From Candidatus Pacearchaeota archaeon (lineage in GTDB: Archaea; Nanobdellota; Nanobdellia; Pacearchaeales; GW2011-AR1): 19,864 bases of DNA. A program made the position numbers and the translations under genes. The DNA lies in assembly GCA_016866975.1 (NCBI GenBank), contig VGKP01000014.1:1-19864 (forward strand), in the 5' to 3' direction. Below the pieces are notes generated by a model. It saw only the letters and a program-made list of their open reading frames with translations, made no database searches and was not told where the DNA came from. Below, piece after piece: positions 16,415 to 19,864 of the stretch; within the stretch, counting starts at the first letter, position 1, and every line of letters starts with the position of its first letter.

Positions 16415-19204
16415 TTACTTTTTCTTTCTAACTTTACTTTTTGAGATATTTCTTCTAATCAAATAATATATTGCAATTACAATCAATACTGCAATTGCTA
16501 ATTGTACTGCTCCAAAGAAAGGCAGATAAAGAACAGAACGCCCACAAGGCAATCCATAACCTTCCTGTTCTTTGCACCTATCGCAACTTCCACTTCCAGA
16601 TCCTCCAGAACTAGAGCTTCTGATTATCTCGATTCTTATCTTTTGCAATTTTGTTGTCTGATCACAAATACCTTTAGTCACAGATTTATATACACAAGTA
16701 TTAATTACTTTTCCTTTACTATCTCTTTCTTCAACCTTATTATTACATTCTTTTTTATTTTTATCCCACTCGCAATAAGCTTGAGGGTTGCAAGAAACCT
16801 GTTTATCTTGTGGGACAGATTCTCTAAAAGCACCATTACATGTTCTTTCGGCATCATTTACTTCTTGAGGAATATTCGGATTAATACTACTATGGACACT
16901 TCTGCAGTCACTGACTTTGATACATCCTCCAGGAGGGCAACCTGGAGAAGTCTCATCTTCAATTCTAAGGTCATTACTAGTTATCTTACCACTCTCATGT
17001 GCTAATCCAGTTATTACTGCTCCACTTATTGAACCAGTGGTAGGATTGACTTCGAATTTTACAAAATGTCCAGGTATCGCCTTATCTCCCACTATATCTT
17101 TAAGAGTTCTTGGAGAGCCATCTTGCTTTTTAGGAGGACTAATTGAAGTCGATCCGACTTTACCCCAGGTTTCTATTTTTATACTTTCTGAAATGTCATT
17201 GTTTTTATTAAACACTCTAAACTGCACATTTTGATTAATCCAACTTGATGGTACGTTATTTACCTTCATCTGCACTTTTTCACTCAACTTCGCAGAATTG
17301 GCTATATTTACTCCGTCTTTAGTCCATATCGCCACAGGCGTTTTAGTGATTTTACACCCACTAGTATCAAATGTACATGCTGCCCCAGTCGAACCAGATC
17401 CTCCATCATTGCATCTCAGGTTTCCTTCATTGAAAGGAGAGTTAGGAATATAATTTGTACAATCCTTGCCATTCATCACTGGCCCTTTTTTATCGCATTG
17501 CTCCCCACTATCTATTCTTTCATTCCCACAAAGACTTAATGCTCCCGATCCCGATCCCGACACTACAGGCAGTGGAATAGTAGGAGATATTGTACAGCAT
17601 ATCTTATGGGAAGCAGTTGTTCTAGCTTGAGACATGAACGCATTAGATGTCCCAGAAAGAGCAAGTATTTCTCTCTCATTGGCAAGACAAGCAGATCTAG
17701 TGACGCAAGATAAATCCCCATAGCAAACATTTACAGGCGCATTAGCAGTACATCCAGAAGTCACTATCTTGCAATTATCACACGCAAGGTTTCCTCCATT
17801 GAACGACCCCCCTCCAATATCTTTGCATTGCAGTCCTCCGAAGTCATTTCCGTCACATGCCTCTACTCCTTTCTTAACTCCATCATTATCACACTGCAGG
17901 ACAGCGCCGCCGCAGCTGCTTGGCTGGCAGGTGCTGCTACAAAGGACGCCATTGATACACTTGTCATTCCCAACTCCATTGTCACATCCTTCCCGGAATT
18001 CCCTCTTTCCATTCCCACATATTGGCTCAGGGGGAGTTCCTCCACCACCCTCATTAATTATAGTGGGAGGTACATACGGGGGAGGTATGTAATTGATCCC
18101 AGTATTGAAATCCCAGAAAAAGAAGAAGAAATTATTCTGTATTATTACATTAGGCGTAGGGGGATTTGGATATCCCTGCTGAGGGTCTTCTCCAGAAGGA
18201 ATATTGTTTCCAGGAAGATCTAAGCAAGCAGATCCCATCACTTGGAAAGGCGATTTAACAGGTTGGTTTTGGGATCCAAATCCCTCAGGAGTAATTTCCT
18301 TCTCATCTATGATATTGTTGCCTCCATCAGGTCTACCTAGTCCAACAAAGAAATTAGCAAGATAGTCTCCTTCTTTATCATTTTCAACACAGAATTCATT
18401 TGTACTGAATCTAAAGCTCTCTCCTGTCTCATATACCACATAGACATTTGTATCTCTAAATCTCACAGTGTTTGTTTTATGGTAATATCCTACATAATCC
18501 ATTACGCTGTCTACAGGGTATATTGGCCCAAGCATTCCAGCATCACTCGAGCTTACATATTTTCCTCCAGGAACATGGCTATTTTGAGATACTAGAAGGC
18601 TGTTATCAATTTCTTCATAAGCTACAGCTGAGCCATCTGGTTTTTGAGGAATTCCATGCATAACTTTGAATGGAGGATGATCCGCACACGTGAATTTGAG
18701 CCTATATTTTATCTGGTAATTTGTCTTATACCTTAAATTGGCTGGCCCGCCTTCATAAAACTGATTTACTTCAGTCCATGTTCCCTGCTTATTTACAACT
18801 ATTCCCCATCCACTACGTCTAGCTCCATTGATTTGTTTGCCCTCATTTTCACCAGTCTCATATAAAAGATCCTTGAGATAAGGTATTATTGTATTCGTAT
18901 AAACAAGTCCCGGATAACCAAATTCTTTCACTAAAGGATCTTGTTTAGGTTTCCAGCCCATTTGGCCTGCAAAATCAGTATATTCATTGACGCAAGCATC
19001 AAGTTCCTGACCAGTAGGAATATTTAATGGAGAGAGGCTTTTTCTCTCTCTTATTGCATTTGCTTGCTGGTAAGTAATGATCTGACCATTTGAATCATAT
19101 ACACATGGATCGTTTACAACAGGGATGCAATAAGGATTATACGCAAACACACCAGGTATACTTAATGATGCAGCTATAACCAATAAGATAAAGAAGTATT
19201 TCAT
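16415..19204 (-). CDS. Cys-rich membrane-anchored surface protein, 929 aa
   Basis: Start is ATG 19204, overlapping the upstream TGA. Has a signal peptide, Pro/Gly linker, three CGN/CDN..E.CD Cys modules, a C-terminal Cys-rich region, and LPFF plus TM helix plus basic tail. Confidence 0.85.
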   Translation of the reverse strand: MKYFFILLVIAASLSIPGVFAYNPYCIPVVNDPCVYDSNGQIITYQQANAIRERKSLSPLNIPTGQELDACVNEYTDFAGQMGWKPKQDPLVKEFGYPGLVYTNTIIPYLKDLLYETGENEGKQINGARRSGWGIVVNKQGTWTEVNQFYEGGPANLRYKTNYQIKYRLKFTCADHPPFKVMHGIPQKPDGSAVAYEEIDNSLLVSQNSHVPGGKYVSSSDAGMLGPIYPVDSVMDYVGYYHKTNTVRFRDTNVYVVYETGESFRFSTNEFCVENDKEGDYLANFFVGLGRPDGGNNIIDEKEITPEGFGSQNQPVKSPFQVMGSACLDLPGNNIPSGEDPQQGYPNPPTPNVIIQNNFFFFFWDFNTGINYIPPPYVPPTIINEGGGGTPPEPICGNGKREFREGCDNGVGNDKCINGVLCSSTCQPSSCGGAVLQCDNDGVKKGVEACDGNDFGGLQCKDIGGGSFNGGNLACDNCKIVTSGCTANAPVNVCYGDLSCVTRSACLANEREILALSGTSNAFMSQARTTASHKICCTISPTIPLPVVSGSGSGALSLCGNERIDSGEQCDKKGPVMNGKDCTNYIPNSPFNEGNLRCNDGGSGSTGAACTFDTSGCKITKTPVAIWTKDGVNIANSAKLSEKVQMKVNNVPSSWINQNVQFRVFNKNNDISESIKIETWGKVGSTSISPPKKQDGSPRTLKDIVGDKAIPGHFVKFEVNPTTGSISGAVITGLAHESGKITSNDLRIEDETSPGCPPGGCIKVSDCRSVHSSINPNIPQEVNDAERTCNGAFRESVPQDKQVSCNPQAYCEWDKNKKECNNKVEERDSKGKVINTCVYKSVTKGICDQTTKLQKIRIEIIRSSSSGGSGSGSCDRCKEQEGYGLPCGRSVLYLPFFGAVQLAIAVLIVIAIYYLIRRNISKSKVRKKK
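17354..18019 (-). repeat. Protein-level Cys-rich repeats (Myxococcus cysteine-rich/DUF4215-like)
   Basis: CGNGKREFREGCD, CDNDGVKKGVEACD...FNGGNLAC..C..VTSGC and CGNERIDSGEQCD...FNEGNLRC...C.FDTSGC. Confidence 0.7.
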
Positions 19205-19864
19205 CAAGCCACTCTGCCTGCGCTTGCCAGGGCCCTAGTAGGGCTATTTAGTATCAATATTCTGTTGCTCAAAGAGGACTTGCATTGATGAGGATTTGTA
19301 GGCCGTGTATGTCCCGGGAATAGTGTGCTGAAGCATATCTCGATAGGATATATGCTTCCTCCATTCCATAGTTCCCCTAATGCATTTGCAGGTTTTTCTA
19401 TTCTCAGTATAATATCATCTGCAGTAGCACATTTCTGTGGTTCTATTCCGGGCAAGGGAGGGGGAGTTTGTGCACATATCGTATTATGAACGTCTCCACG
19501 TGTGCACGTCTGTGGACCATCTCTTCCAGACTCATCTATAGACACGTATGTCGAAGAAAAAGCGGAATGGCCAGTTGATGAAATAGCCTTTACCCAATAA
19601 GAGTAATCGTGGGCATATCCTTGGTAAACTGGCCTGGCAAGGACTGCTGCTCTTTCATCATTATAGCTGGTAGAGGTAGTTGTACCTATAAGTCCAGTTT
19701 GTGCTTGATCAGGATTAGCTACGCCCTGTTTGCCATAGTAAATCTCGTAACTGGTTGCCCCAGTTACCGGGCTCCACCTTATAGTATTTCTTAGAAAATA
19801 ATCGTTATCTCCACTGATAGAGTTTGAACTGCAAACAGAATCTCCCTTTGTAATAACTGGAGCT
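19204..19864 (-). CDS. Fibronectin type III domain-containing protein (C-terminal part, runs off the window)
   Basis: Manual translation shows the frame open from 19863 to TGA 19206-19204: APVIT...TIRWSPVTGATSYEIYYG...IGTTTSTSYNDE...YSYWVKAISSTGHSAFS, the FN3 W/Y/Y pattern. The ORF track reports only the last 113 aa. Confidence 0.85.
   Translation of the reverse strand, partial: APVITKGDSVCSSNSISGDNDYFLRNTIRWSPVTGATSYEIYYGKQGVANPDQAQTGLIGTTTSTSYNDERAAVLARPVYQGYAHDYSYWVKAISSTGHSAFSSTYVSIDESGRDGPQTCTRGDVHNTICAQTPPPLPGIEPQKCATADDIILRIEKPANALGELWNGGSIYPIEICFSTLFPGHTRPTNPHQCKSSLSNRILILNSPTRALASAGRVA

Noticed and set aside
419-19794. Numerous short ORFs in the track on opposite or shifted frames (e.g. 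2785-3447, 5235-5534, 8216-8593, 10317-10802, 16502-17005, 19609-19794)
   Set aside because: They lie within well-supported genes, have no motifs, and are best explained as shadow ORFs.

Overview
Gene-dense archaeal chromosomal window. Gene content, short BRE/TATA promoters with leaderless starts and Cys-rich surface proteins suggest a DPANN archaeon, probably Pacearchaeota/Woesearchaeota-like (inference). Left arm (+): end of mre11, rad50, proteasome beta subunit, aCPSF1/FttA and a presenilin-like GxGD protease. That protease gene is preceded by a 30-bp hairpin tandem repeat and an out-of-frame 37-codon uORF. Next come a convergent second, propeptide-less proteasome-beta-like Ntn hydrolase, a TrmB regulator and a small orphan. 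The centre (-) is a probable operon: PKD-domain membrane protein, oapA, oapB, oapC, cca. The OapA GTPase is interrupted inside its Walker A motif (GK|T) by a 467-aa LAGLIDADG intein, which is the most striking feature. The right arm has a Nudix hydrolase and three surface or secreted proteins: one with a Verrucomicrobia-like C-terminal module, one Cys-rich with a PFF+TM tail, and an FN3 protein truncated by the window edge. No rRNA, tRNA or CRISPR array was seen. Family assignments come from motif recognition only; no searches were run.
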